Below, piece after piece: positions 49,688 through 58,021 of a DNA stretch of 64,000 nucleotides (positions are counted from its first letter, which is position 1; each line of letters opens with the position of its first letter). The translations under genes were made by a program, and so were the position numbers. This stretch comes from Candidatus Latescibacterota bacterium (lineage in GTDB: Bacteria > Latescibacterota > UBA2968 > UBA8231): contig CBDFJF010000001.1 in the NCBI GenBank assembly GCA_965248265.1, positions 288,001 to 352,000 on the forward strand. Reading direction: 5' to 3'. The notes below the pieces were generated by a model. The model was not told where the DNA came from. It ran no database searches and was given only the letters and a program-made list of their open reading frames with translations.

Positions 49688-51292
49688 TTAACGGGATTTG
49701 AGGCTGAGATGCCCGCGCTGGATATCAATCTGCATCAGCGCTGAACCGGCCCCCAGCTGACCGGCGACCGTCTGTCCGCCTTCCCCGTTGGCAGTTACCT
49801 GGAGAGGCAGATCGGTCTCGACGAAACCCCGGCGCACGTAGCCGTTCACGTTGAGGGAGGAGGCTTCAGGAAGGTGAATGTGGACGTTGCCACGTCTGTT
49901 AGAGACGGTGCAGGACGCGTCGATTGGTGTTGTTGATGTGATAACAATGTCGCCCTTCTCATTGTCGACGAGTACCTCGCCGCCAGCATCCGTTATCGCG
50001 ATAGGGGATCGGCTGCTGCGTACGACGACGCGGCCGTTTGCCGATTCGACTCCGATGCGCCCGCGGTCGCCATCGACCGTGGCCTCGGCCCCGATGTCGA
50101 TCAGACGCACTGAGCCATGGCTGTTCTTTATGGTCGCACTTCCTCCGACCTTTTCAACGATGATACCTCCATGGCTGTTACGTGCCACGAGATTTCCAAC
50201 AACATCCTTCACTTTCAGCGAGCCGTGGTTGTGGCTGGCGCACAGGCTACCTCCTACGCCTGATATTTGCGCGCTTCCGTGATTGGCATTCAGGGTCAGG
50301 GATCCTTTGACGGATGCCAGCTTCACTGGGCCGTGGCTGGATTCCACGGTCGTCTCGCCACCGACGCCATCGATTTCTACCCGGGCGTGGAGGCTCCTCA
50401 GCTTCAAATCGGCGCCGCTGTTGGAGACACTGACGGGTCCGTGAGCCTGGTCAATGGACAACTCGCCTGCGATCGATTCAGCGGACGTCGGTCCGTGCCG
50501 GTTGATGAGCTTCGCATCGCCGTCGAGGTTGCCCACTTTCAGATCTCCGTACTGGTTTTCCATGACGATATTGGCCTGTCTGGGGACCATCAGCTGAAAG
50601 TCCAGTTGGGCACAACCATCGGCATCATCCACAGTTTGATTGTCGCGGAGCTCAGGCCGCAGTTTCAGTGAGCCAGTGCCCCTCTCGGAGTGCAGGAAGA
50701 CCGCCTCGGCCATCGAGTGCGCAGCTGTCTCAGTCGGTGCATGCGCGCTCACGTGGAGGCGCACCCCAACCTCATCACGATCCCAGCACGCCACGGTGAT
50801 GCTCCCACGCGGGTTTTCCAACTGCAGCGAGGAGCCGCTTTCTAGCGGATACGTTTCGTTCACCTCGCGTTCACATCGATGCGGAAACGCGGTGTCGTCG
50901 ACACCAGCCGACCAGCTCTTGAAGGCCATGCCGACGTTGCGCCCCATGTCTTCCAGCATACTGCCGATATCGGGCAGGCTCGACGTGGCCTCGTCGATGA
51001 TCTGGTCGACATCGGGAACCGCCTCCTCGAATACTCTCTTCATCCGAGGCATGGATACCCGCACCGCCTGGCCGGCGCGTGAGAACGACGACCGTATGTC
51101 GTGGTCCATGTCGCCGAAGACATCCTTCATCTCCGAGAAAAAACCCTCGAACTGCGGCCAACCGCTCGTCGATCCAGGATGCCGATCAGCGGGTCCGGGT
51201 TCACCGAGGGCTCGCAGCAGTCTCTCTGCTTCATCGATGGTGATCTTTCCCTCCGACAGCATTTCCAGCACCTTGCGACGCTCTGCGCTCAT
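49688..51292 (-). CDS. SHOCT-like N-terminus plus DUF4097-type beta-solenoid protein (YvlB/LiaX-like)
   Basis: ERRKVLEMLSEGKITIDEAERLL, followed by many NxHGxxxV..V.G beta repeats. Confidence 0.8.
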   Translation of the reverse strand: MSAERRKVLEMLSEGKITIDEAERLLRALGEPGPADRHPGSTSGWPQFEGFFSEMKDVFGDMDHDIRSSFSRAGQAVRVSMPRMKRVFEEAVPDVDQIIDEATSSLPDIGSMLEDMGRNVGMAFKSWSAGVDDTAFPHRCEREVNETYPLESGSSLQLENPRGSITVACWDRDEVGVRLHVSAHAPTETAAHSMAEAVFLHSERGTGSLKLRPELRDNQTVDDADGCAQLDFQLMVPRQANIVMENQYGDLKVGNLDGDAKLINRHGPTSAESIAGELSIDQAHGPVSVSNSGADLKLRSLHARVEIDGVGGETTVESSHGPVKLASVKGSLTLNANHGSAQISGVGGSLCASHNHGSLKVKDVVGNLVARNSHGGIIVEKVGGSATIKNSHGSVRLIDIGAEATVDGDRGRIGVESANGRVVVRSSRSPIAITDAGGEVLVDNEKGDIVITSTTPIDASCTVSNRRGNVHIHLPEASSLNVNGYVRRGFVETDLPLQVTANGEGGQTVAGQLGAGSALMQIDIQRGHLSLKSR

Positions 51293-51702
51293 GATTCGCG
51301 AATGCCCTTTCTCCTCTTCAGTGATTCCAGTTCAGCAATGGCAGCGTCGGCTTCGATCGAACCCTCCTCGAGGTGAAGGAGGATGTCCTTCCGCCGATCC
51401 TCATCCCTGTCACTGTCTTGCTCTGACCGCCCCGGCCCAGCCTCGAAACCCAGTTCCCGAATAACCTCGTCGAGGCGTCCGCGAACGGTGCTATAGGGAA
51501 CCTTCAGCTCTCGTTCCATTTCTTTGACATTGCCCCGCAACCGTACGAACACCTCGACAAAAGCGAGACTCTCCGGAGACAGCCGGTCAAATGGATTCGG
51601 AGAAAACCGGCCAGAGATCTCGGTGTCGCACCGCCCACACTGCAGGTGAGTGACGGTGAGGTCGCCGCCACACGCCGGACACCGCTCAATTACTTTTCGC
51701 AT
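51289..51702 (-). CDS. DUF2089-family zinc-ribbon/HTH protein
   Basis: CPACG...CGRC, RGNVKEMERELKVPYSTVRGRLD; ATGA overlap with the downstream gene. Confidence 0.88.
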   Translation of the reverse strand: MRKVIERCPACGGDLTVTHLQCGRCDTEISGRFSPNPFDRLSPESLAFVEVFVRLRGNVKEMERELKVPYSTVRGRLDEVIRELGFEAGPGRSEQDSDRDEDRRKDILLHLEEGSIEADAAIAELESLKRRKGIRES

Positions 51703-51769
51703 ATTTGCAAGCCTTCGATGATAGCCAGGCGAGAAACGTCAACCCGTGGAGAATTTCATCACAAATACG

Positions 51770-51827
51770 AATATTTTAATATTATGGTAAATATTTTACA
51801 ATTTTTCGATAAAAAGTCAAATATTTT
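51770..51827 (-). promoter_or_regulatory. AT-rich sigma-70-type promoter with three AATATTTT boxes upstream of the DUF2089 operon
   Basis: Minus strand TTGACT(51820-51815)-N16-TAAAAT(51798-51793); AATATTTT at 51770, 51790 and 51820. Confidence 0.6.
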
Positions 51828-51931
51828 TACTTACAATTAGGAAAATACGAGACTAATTTGTTGGAGAGTGCACCGGATTTGGATGGTTCTTGGGATCGGC
51901 GCAGCAAACACCGGGTGGCGTTCAGTCGCTC

Positions 51932-52297
51932 TCAGGGGGTCAGGGCTTTGTCGGTAGCCTCGAGAAGGCGTTGCGGAAAATCACTCTCCTTGGCCACAAA
52001 TCCTGCCACTCCGTATGGACTGAGTGCAGTCACCGTATCAACAGTGATTTCGCCTGATATGACTACAATGGGGGTATCGTTCATCAGCCTTTCACGCAGT
52101 ACGCGGATGGCATCCTCTCCCCTGGCATCGGGCAGGTTCAGATCCATCAGGATCAGGTCGACTCCGCCCTTGGCCAAAACGGGTACGGTGTCTTTGACCA
52201 GGCCGACGGCTGACACGGTATGTCCACGCGGCTCGAGAACGCGCCGAACCACCTTCTGATACATTTCAGAGTCTTCGACAAGCAGGATGAATGCCAT
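51932..52297 (-). CDS. Single-domain response regulator (REC)
   Basis: ILLVEDS, LMDLNLPD, PIVVISG, VAK. Start trimmed to ATG 52297. Confidence 0.88.
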   Translation of the reverse strand: MAFILLVEDSEMYQKVVRRVLEPRGHTVSAVGLVKDTVPVLAKGGVDLILMDLNLPDARGEDAIRVLRERLMNDTPIVVISGEITVDTVTALSPYGVAGFVAKESDFPQRLLEATDKALTP

Positions 52298-52466
52298 AGC
52301 CCCAATATGTTCATGTACCTCGACTTGCGCTCGGAGAGGACGTGGGGTGGGTGGTCGATTATCGCCGAGCGAGATCATCCGAATTACCGAGCTGCAAAGG
52401 TGGTTATATTGGTAGATATACGGCTTCAAAGGAAAAGCAAATAGAACCAACGGGGAAGATGGGCTC

Positions 52467-52988
52467 ATGAATGTGCCTCGGATCGTAGGTGTTCATGCAA
52501 CCTCGATCCGATTCTGTCTTCTTTTCATGTGCTACCTGGGCCTGCTGGCGCTGGCGCTGGAGTGGCGCCAGGACCTGTTTGGCACAGCCTACATGTACCC
52601 GGTATCCGCGGTAGCCGCCTTCCTGCTCAACACCCTGGGAATTCCGGCCGAACTGCTGACGGAGCAGATCCCTCACGGCTTCTGTGAGCTGCTGGTCAGC
52701 GAGATCATCTACCGGGTTACGTTCGATTGCACTGGCATCTTCGCGCTTCAGGTCTTCGTCGCGCTGACCCTGGCCTACCCGGCTGCGACGCGGGCAAAAG
52801 GCGAGGCACTGCTGCTGGGGGTTCCCGCGATATTCGTCTTTAGTTCGCTTCGACTCGTGGTGCTGGGGATGGTAGCCCAGTTCCAGCCTCAGTGGATCGA
52901 TCTGTTCCACGTCTACGTCATGGAGCTGGCCACCCTCGGGTTCATGCTGTTCGTGTGGAAATACTGGATCGATGAGCTGAATCGATGA
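52467..52988 (+). CDS. Exosortase/archaeosortase family protein, exosortase H-like
   Basis: Short polytopic protein with Cys (DCTG), Arg (SLRLVVL) and His (FHVY) in exosortase order; LAYPA motif. Confidence 0.85.
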   Translation: MNVPRIVGVHATSIRFCLLFMCYLGLLALALEWRQDLFGTAYMYPVSAVAAFLLNTLGIPAELLTEQIPHGFCELLVSEIIYRVTFDCTGIFALQVFVALTLAYPAATRAKGEALLLGVPAIFVFSSLRLVVLGMVAQFQPQWIDLFHVYVMELATLGFMLFVWKYWIDELNR

Positions 52989-53590
52989 GATGGTCTTCAG
53001 TTACGGACTGGCCGCTGCCAGTCCCCCTGCAGTTTCTGGTGCGTTTCGCTGTGGTGGCGGGTATGCTCTTCCTGTTCCGTGAACGCCTGGCCGAGCTCTA
53101 CCTGTCGACTATGGTGCCCACCGTCAACGGCCTTTTCAATCTCGAAGAGCTGGGAGTCGTTTACCGGCAGCAACGGCACGTATTGTTGCTGGTGTACGAG
53201 GAGCTGGGATTCCATTTCAGGGTCCACGACATCATCTATCAGAACGTGATGGTGACGATCGCACTGTTCGCGGCCACACCGGGCTATTCGCTGCGCTGGC
53301 GAGCAGGATGGACCGCGGTGGTGCTGGCGTTGCTGTGGTTAACCCACGCGGCCAGCCTCTACATGGGAGGGTATGTGATAATATGGGACTACCTGGAGAG
53401 TCTGGGCGCAGGGGAGAGACAGGATCTGGCACGACAAATAGGTGATGCCTTTCCCCGGGACCGGGACTGGCTCTTCAGCCATCTGTTTGGGTTGTGGCAC
53501 ACCTGGGGACGTCCTACCCTGGCCCTGCTCATCTGGCTCTTCGCGGCCCGGCGCTTCCTGCGCCTGTCCACGACGAGAGAAGAGGGATGA
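52985..53590 (+). CDS. Exosortase-associated membrane protein
   Basis: About four TM helices, ALFAATP motif, ATGA overlap with the exosortase. Confidence 0.7.
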   Translation: MRWSSVTDWPLPVPLQFLVRFAVVAGMLFLFRERLAELYLSTMVPTVNGLFNLEELGVVYRQQRHVLLLVYEELGFHFRVHDIIYQNVMVTIALFAATPGYSLRWRAGWTAVVLALLWLTHAASLYMGGYVIIWDYLESLGAGERQDLARQIGDAFPRDRDWLFSHLFGLWHTWGRPTLALLIWLFAARRFLRLSTTREEG

Positions 53591-53599
53591 AGCGGTTGG

Positions 53600-53944
53600 T
53601 TACGAAGAGGCGGAAGCGACATGCTGGCGCAGGAGTTCCTTGGTTTGACGTTGGGCCATTTCCAGGGTGCGCTGGCTGCGTGCATGCTTGTATCCTGCCT
53701 CAGAGGTCGTCCGCCAGGTATTCGATCGGGCTGAGGGAACGGCCGGCGTCATGCTGGTCTGAAGCTCCTGAATGCCGATCAGCGCCGTCGTCACACCGAG
53801 GAATACGGCCAGTCCAATGCCGGCTAGCCAGACGCCTCGAACTATCAAACGGAGGGAGTTCAGGAGCCGGTCGACGGCAGTATTTTCCCTCCACGAGGGC
53901 TGAGCACAGCTGAGCATGCGGTGCGTTATCTGGGTCATAATCAA
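53600..53944 (-). CDS. Hypothetical small single-pass membrane protein
   Basis: One hydrophobic segment; fills the gap downstream of a sigma-54 motif. Start uncertain. Confidence 0.4.
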   Translation of the reverse strand: MIMTQITHRMLSCAQPSWRENTAVDRLLNSLRLIVRGVWLAGIGLAVFLGVTTALIGIQELQTSMTPAVPSARSNTWRTTSEAGYKHARSQRTLEMAQRQTKELLRQHVASASS

Positions 53945-54029
53945 TTGTTTTTAATATAGTTAGCTTGTATTCCTGTCAGTGGGACACAATTGCTCGTGGC
54001 CTTCGGCAAGAAATGACGAAGAAACACAC

Positions 54030-54044
54030 GCAACTCGCGTGCCA
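54030..54044 (-). promoter_or_regulatory. Sigma-54 (-24/-12) promoter motif
   Basis: Minus strand TGGCACGCGAGTTGC, a full match to TGGCACG-N4-TTGC in intergenic DNA. Confidence 0.7.
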
Positions 54045-54087
54045 CGAGGACAGCCGCGTGCGCGAATAGTTGGCCAAACAGCAGGCT

Positions 54088-54117
54088 TTGACTGACGATA
54101 GTGGGCACTTATAATGC
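54088..54117 (+). promoter_or_regulatory. Near-consensus sigma-70 promoter for the repeat protein
   Basis: TTGACT(54088-54093)-N16-TATAAT(54110-54115); an overlapping GG-N10-GC (GGCACTTATAATGC, 54104-54117) is also present. Confidence 0.7.
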
Positions 54118-54165
54118 TTGAAGGGTACTCGCCAGGCTAATGTTGTTTGGTTTGCGTAACGGAGA

Positions 54166-55359
54166 GTGGTTTTGATAAGACGGTTGTTGATCTACTCGAG
54201 CTTTCTCACGGCTCTGCTGTGCTGCGACGCAAGGGAGAGTTGGGCCCAGGCCTGGTTCGACGAAAGTGATCCCTTTGCCAGCGGGGATCAACTGAACGCC
54301 GTCGCCAACGATGGCACCAACGTGGTGGCGGTGGGCCAGAACAGCGCCATTTATCGCAGCGCGGACAGCGGCGACATCTGGTTCGACGAGACTGATCCCT
54401 TCGTCAGCGGGGATAACCTGAACGCCCTCATCATGGATGGCACCAACGTGGTGGCGGTAGGCCAGAACAGCGCCATCTATCGCAGCGCGGACAGCGGCGA
54501 CACCTGGATCGACGAGAGCGATCCCTTCGTGAGCGGGGATCAACTGGACGCCCTTGCCAATGATGGCGCCAACGTCGTGGCGGTGGGCAAGAATAGTGCC
54601 ATCTATCGCAGCGCCGATACCGGTAACACCTGGTTCGACGAAAGTGATCCCTTCGTCAGCGGGTTACAACTGAACGCCGTCGCCATGGATGGCGCCAACG
54701 TGGTGGCGGTGGGCAAGACCAGCGCCATCTATCGCAGCGGTGACAGCGGTAACACCTGGTTCGACGAGAGCGATCCCTTCGTCAGCGGTGACCAGCTGGA
54801 CGCCGTCGCGATGAGTGGCACCAACGTCGTGACGGTGGGTAAGAACGGCGCCATCTATCGCAGCGCTGACAGCGGCAACACCTGGTTCGACGAGAGTGAT
54901 CCCTTCGTCAGCGGGGACAACCTGACCGCCGTCGCCATGAACGGCACCAACGTCGTGACGGTGGGCCAGAATGGTGCCATCTATCGCAGCGCCGACAGCG
55001 GCAACACCTGGATCGACGAGAGTGGTCACGGCTTTGGCGTGCTTCAACTTGACGCCCTCGGCTTCTTTGGCAATGTGGTGATTGCGGTGGGCGCTACCAG
55101 CACTATCTATCGCAGCACCAACCGCGGCAATACCTGGAGCAACGAGAGCAATCCCTTCGGGAGCGGGGATAACCTGCTCGCCATCATCTCAAGAGGTGTT
55201 ACAGTGACGGTGGGCCAGAATAGCGCCATTTATCGCTATGTCACCCCTACTCCTACCGGTACTTCCATTCCCTTCCAGAGCAAGTGGCTGCTCGTCCTGA
55301 TCCTCGTGGGATGCAGCCTGTGGGCAATCAACAAGCTCAAGACTGGTTCTGGCGCGTAA
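54166..55359 (+). CDS. Secreted Asp-box/BNR-type beta-propeller repeat protein with an IPTL-CTERM-like sorting signal
   Basis: Signal peptide; eight 42-aa repeats (WFDESDPFVSGDQLNAVAMDGTNVVAVGQNSAIYRSADSGNT type); TPTPTGT linker, then IPFQSKW, TM helix and KLK. Confidence 0.88.
   Translation: MVLIRRLLIYSSFLTALLCCDARESWAQAWFDESDPFASGDQLNAVANDGTNVVAVGQNSAIYRSADSGDIWFDETDPFVSGDNLNALIMDGTNVVAVGQNSAIYRSADSGDTWIDESDPFVSGDQLDALANDGANVVAVGKNSAIYRSADTGNTWFDESDPFVSGLQLNAVAMDGANVVAVGKTSAIYRSGDSGNTWFDESDPFVSGDQLDAVAMSGTNVVTVGKNGAIYRSADSGNTWFDESDPFVSGDNLTAVAMNGTNVVTVGQNGAIYRSADSGNTWIDESGHGFGVLQLDALGFFGNVVIAVGATSTIYRSTNRGNTWSNESNPFGSGDNLLAIISRGVTVTVGQNSAIYRYVTPTPTGTSIPFQSKWLLVLILVGCSLWAINKLKTGSGA
54253..55240 (+). 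repeat. 126-bp coding tandem repeat, 8 units
   Basis: Trp codons begin units at 54253, 54379, 54505, 54631, 54757, 54883, 55009 and 55135. The first six are highly similar at DNA level; the last two diverge. Confidence 0.92.
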
Positions 55360-55402
55360 CCGCATACAATTTCTGGATTAATCGGGCGAAGAAGAGCGCA
55401 CG

Positions 55403-57991
55403 ATGGGTCGGTACGCCTTCACAATTTTCATGAGTGCCTTCCTGTTGTTCGCGGTGCAGCCACTGATGGGCAAGTACGTACTCCCATGGTTTGGCGGCGG
55501 CCCAGGTGTATGGACAGCATGCATGCTGTTCTTCCAGTGCGTCCTGTTGGCCGGCTACTGCTACGCGCACCTGATAGGCAGTAAACTGCGTCCGGGCAAG
55601 CAGAGGATGCTGCATCTGGGCGTCCTTGCCCTATCACTGTTGCTTCTGCCGATTGCGCCGGAGCCGAGCTGGAAGCCAACGGGAACAGAGCAACCCACGC
55701 CATATATTCTGTTCCTGCTGTTGGTCAATATTGGCGCGCCTTTCGCGCTACTTTCCTCGACGGGCCCACTGCTCTCCCGCTGGTTCAGCCACTCCTTTCC
55801 AGATCGATCACCCTACCGACTGTATTCGTTGTCGAACGCAGGCTCACTGCTGGCACTGTTGAGTTATCCATTCGTGGTAGAGCCCCTTTTGGCGTTGGGC
55901 ACGCAAGCCTGGGTCTGGTCGTCAGGGTACGGCGTGTTCGTGCTGTTGTGCGGGTGGTGCGCATGGCAGTTCGGCCGCTCTGGTGAGCAGACCTCACAGA
56001 CACTGAACGACCCGATGACGGAGAAGGCAGAGCTGAGCGCAAACCCGAGCGGCACGGACAGGGTGCTGTGGCTGGGTCTGGCTGCCTGCGCTTCGCTCAT
56101 GCTGCTGGCGACTACCCACCAGGTCTCTCAGGACCTGGCGGTGGTTCCGCTGCTTTGGGTGCTGCCATTGGCGCTTTATCTGTTGTCCTTCATTCTCTGC
56201 TTCGATCACGACTGGTGGTACAAGCGATGGATTTTTGCGCCAGCGTTGGCGGGTGGGGCCCTGGCGGTCGTGTACATGATGCCGCGGGATCTGACACTGA
56301 GCGTGTGGATTCAGATCAGCGTTTACTCAATAACGCTGTTTGCCTGTTGCATGGTTTGCCACGGCGAATTGGTGCGAATCAAGCCCAGCGCCGACCATCT
56401 CACAGGATTTTACCTCATCATCGGCATCGGCGGAGCACTGGGTGGCGTCGCGGTAGCCGTGGTAGCACCCATTGTACTGAAGGACTACTGGGAGTACCAC
56501 CTGGGGCTGATGGCGACAGGTCTGTTAGCGATGGTATGCGTGCAGCGGGATGCCAAAAGACGCAGACCTGGCATGTTTGAAAAAAGCCTGAAGGATAGGT
56601 TCCTGGCGAATCCACGACTGTCGTTGGCATGGGGAGCAACCCTCTTAGTGTTTGCCGTAGTGGTCGTGGGCCTGGTGCGGGATGTGGTTCAAGATCACGA
56701 AAGGGCCATAGAATCCGCACGGAGCTTTTTCGGAGTCATTCACATCCTGGAGACCGACAAGGTGCGGTTGATGGAGCATGGCCGAAGCCTGCACGGTACA
56801 CAGTCCCTCCATCCCAGCATGCGGAAGGTGCCAACCACCTACTTCGGGAGAAAAAGTGGTATAGGTATCGCGCTGGATGAGTACCGCCGCTTACAGACGC
56901 CTCGTACTGCATCCGGGCCGAATGATACCACCCTTCGAATTGGGGTCACTGGCCTGGGAGCAGGAACCATTGCCGCCTTGACCCGGCCCGGCGACTACCT
57001 GCGTTTCTACGAGATCGATCCGAAGATCGAACCCATAGCCCGCAAATACTTCACGTACCTGGATGATGCCGCAGCGGAGGTGGATGTCATTTTCGGCGAT
57101 GCCCGCATGATGCTCGAGCGCGAGGCTCAGAACGGCCTGTACCAGGGTTTTGATGTGTTCGCCATCGACGCCTTTACCAGCGACGCAGTACCGCTGCACC
57201 TGCTCACCCGCGAAGCAATGGAGCTGTACCTGGCGCACCTCAAGCCCGATGGTTTACTGGCATTCAATGTCTCCAACCGCTATGTGAATCTATCTGCCGT
57301 GGCACGGGGCCTGGCAGAGAGCGCAAATCGCCAGTCAGTGCGAATCTACACGACCGGACGGGGCATGTTTGAGGCGCTCCCCGCCGACTGGGTCATCGTC
57401 ACGGACAACCCATCCTTTCACGCAGCCGAAGCGGTTCGGGTGATGGCCACGGAGTGGTCCAATGATGAATCTCTGCCCATCCTGTGGACGGACGAATACG
57501 CCAGCCTGTGGCGTGCGGTGGCAGCTAATGATGGTCGTCACAAAGGGAAATGGGATGCGGCGCCTAACAAGGGTCAGTTCGTGCTGGATAATGCCCAATT
57601 GATATCGGATGCCGACTTCGATGGGATCCAATGGTTGTGTCGAAAACTCTACCACGATACTGGTGGTACGCGTGCGATCATAGTAGCGGCGACGAAGGCA
57701 ATACCCAAAATTCGGGGCCGTTCGATTTCCCCTTACGACTATACAGAGTACTTGTACCGAAAGCTCGGATTGTCGGAACGCGAAAGGATTTCTGGCCTGA
57801 TAATCCTGATATCCACTACCCACGACCTCGCGTTTATCAAGATGTCTGAAGACTGGCCACCAGACCTACAGCAGCAGGTAACACAGGTCATCTCCACGAT
57901 GATGGCTGACGGAACCACCGTCAGCGTGTTCTCCGAACGACTGCTATCGGGTATCGAGACCCTTGACGACCTGGTACGCCACGCACCGTAG
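55403..57991 (+). CDS. Fused membrane domain / spermidine-synthase-like SAM-binding protein with an extra C-terminal TPM-like domain
   Basis: FLLFAVQP, PWFGG, PYRLYSLSNAGS, CHGEL; GLGAGT, YEIDP, GDAR, DAFTSDAVP, WTDEY; tail FVLDNAQLIS...GLIILIS. Confidence 0.82.
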   Translation: MGRYAFTIFMSAFLLFAVQPLMGKYVLPWFGGGPGVWTACMLFFQCVLLAGYCYAHLIGSKLRPGKQRMLHLGVLALSLLLLPIAPEPSWKPTGTEQPTPYILFLLLVNIGAPFALLSSTGPLLSRWFSHSFPDRSPYRLYSLSNAGSLLALLSYPFVVEPLLALGTQAWVWSSGYGVFVLLCGWCAWQFGRSGEQTSQTLNDPMTEKAELSANPSGTDRVLWLGLAACASLMLLATTHQVSQDLAVVPLLWVLPLALYLLSFILCFDHDWWYKRWIFAPALAGGALAVVYMMPRDLTLSVWIQISVYSITLFACCMVCHGELVRIKPSADHLTGFYLIIGIGGALGGVAVAVVAPIVLKDYWEYHLGLMATGLLAMVCVQRDAKRRRPGMFEKSLKDRFLANPRLSLAWGATLLVFAVVVVGLVRDVVQDHERAIESARSFFGVIHILETDKVRLMEHGRSLHGTQSLHPSMRKVPTTYFGRKSGIGIALDEYRRLQTPRTASGPNDTTLRIGVTGLGAGTIAALTRPGDYLRFYEIDPKIEPIARKYFTYLDDAAAEVDVIFGDARMMLEREAQNGLYQGFDVFAIDAFTSDAVPLHLLTREAMELYLAHLKPDGLLAFNVSNRYVNLSAVARGLAESANRQSVRIYTTGRGMFEALPADWVIVTDNPSFHAAEAVRVMATEWSNDESLPILWTDEYASLWRAVAANDGRHKGKWDAAPNKGQFVLDNAQLISDADFDGIQWLCRKLYHDTGGTRAIIVAATKAIPKIRGRSISPYDYTEYLYRKLGLSERERISGLIILISTTHDLAFIKMSEDWPPDLQQQVTQVISTMMADGTTVSVFSERLLSGIETLDDLVRHAP

Positions 57992-58021
57992 CCGACGTCA
58001 CGCGGTCCGGGGGACGCGCCG

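Noticed and set aside
54253-55240. Regular repeats as a possible CRISPR array
   Set aside because: The units are 126-bp in-frame coding repeats with no unique spacers, and no cas genes are present.
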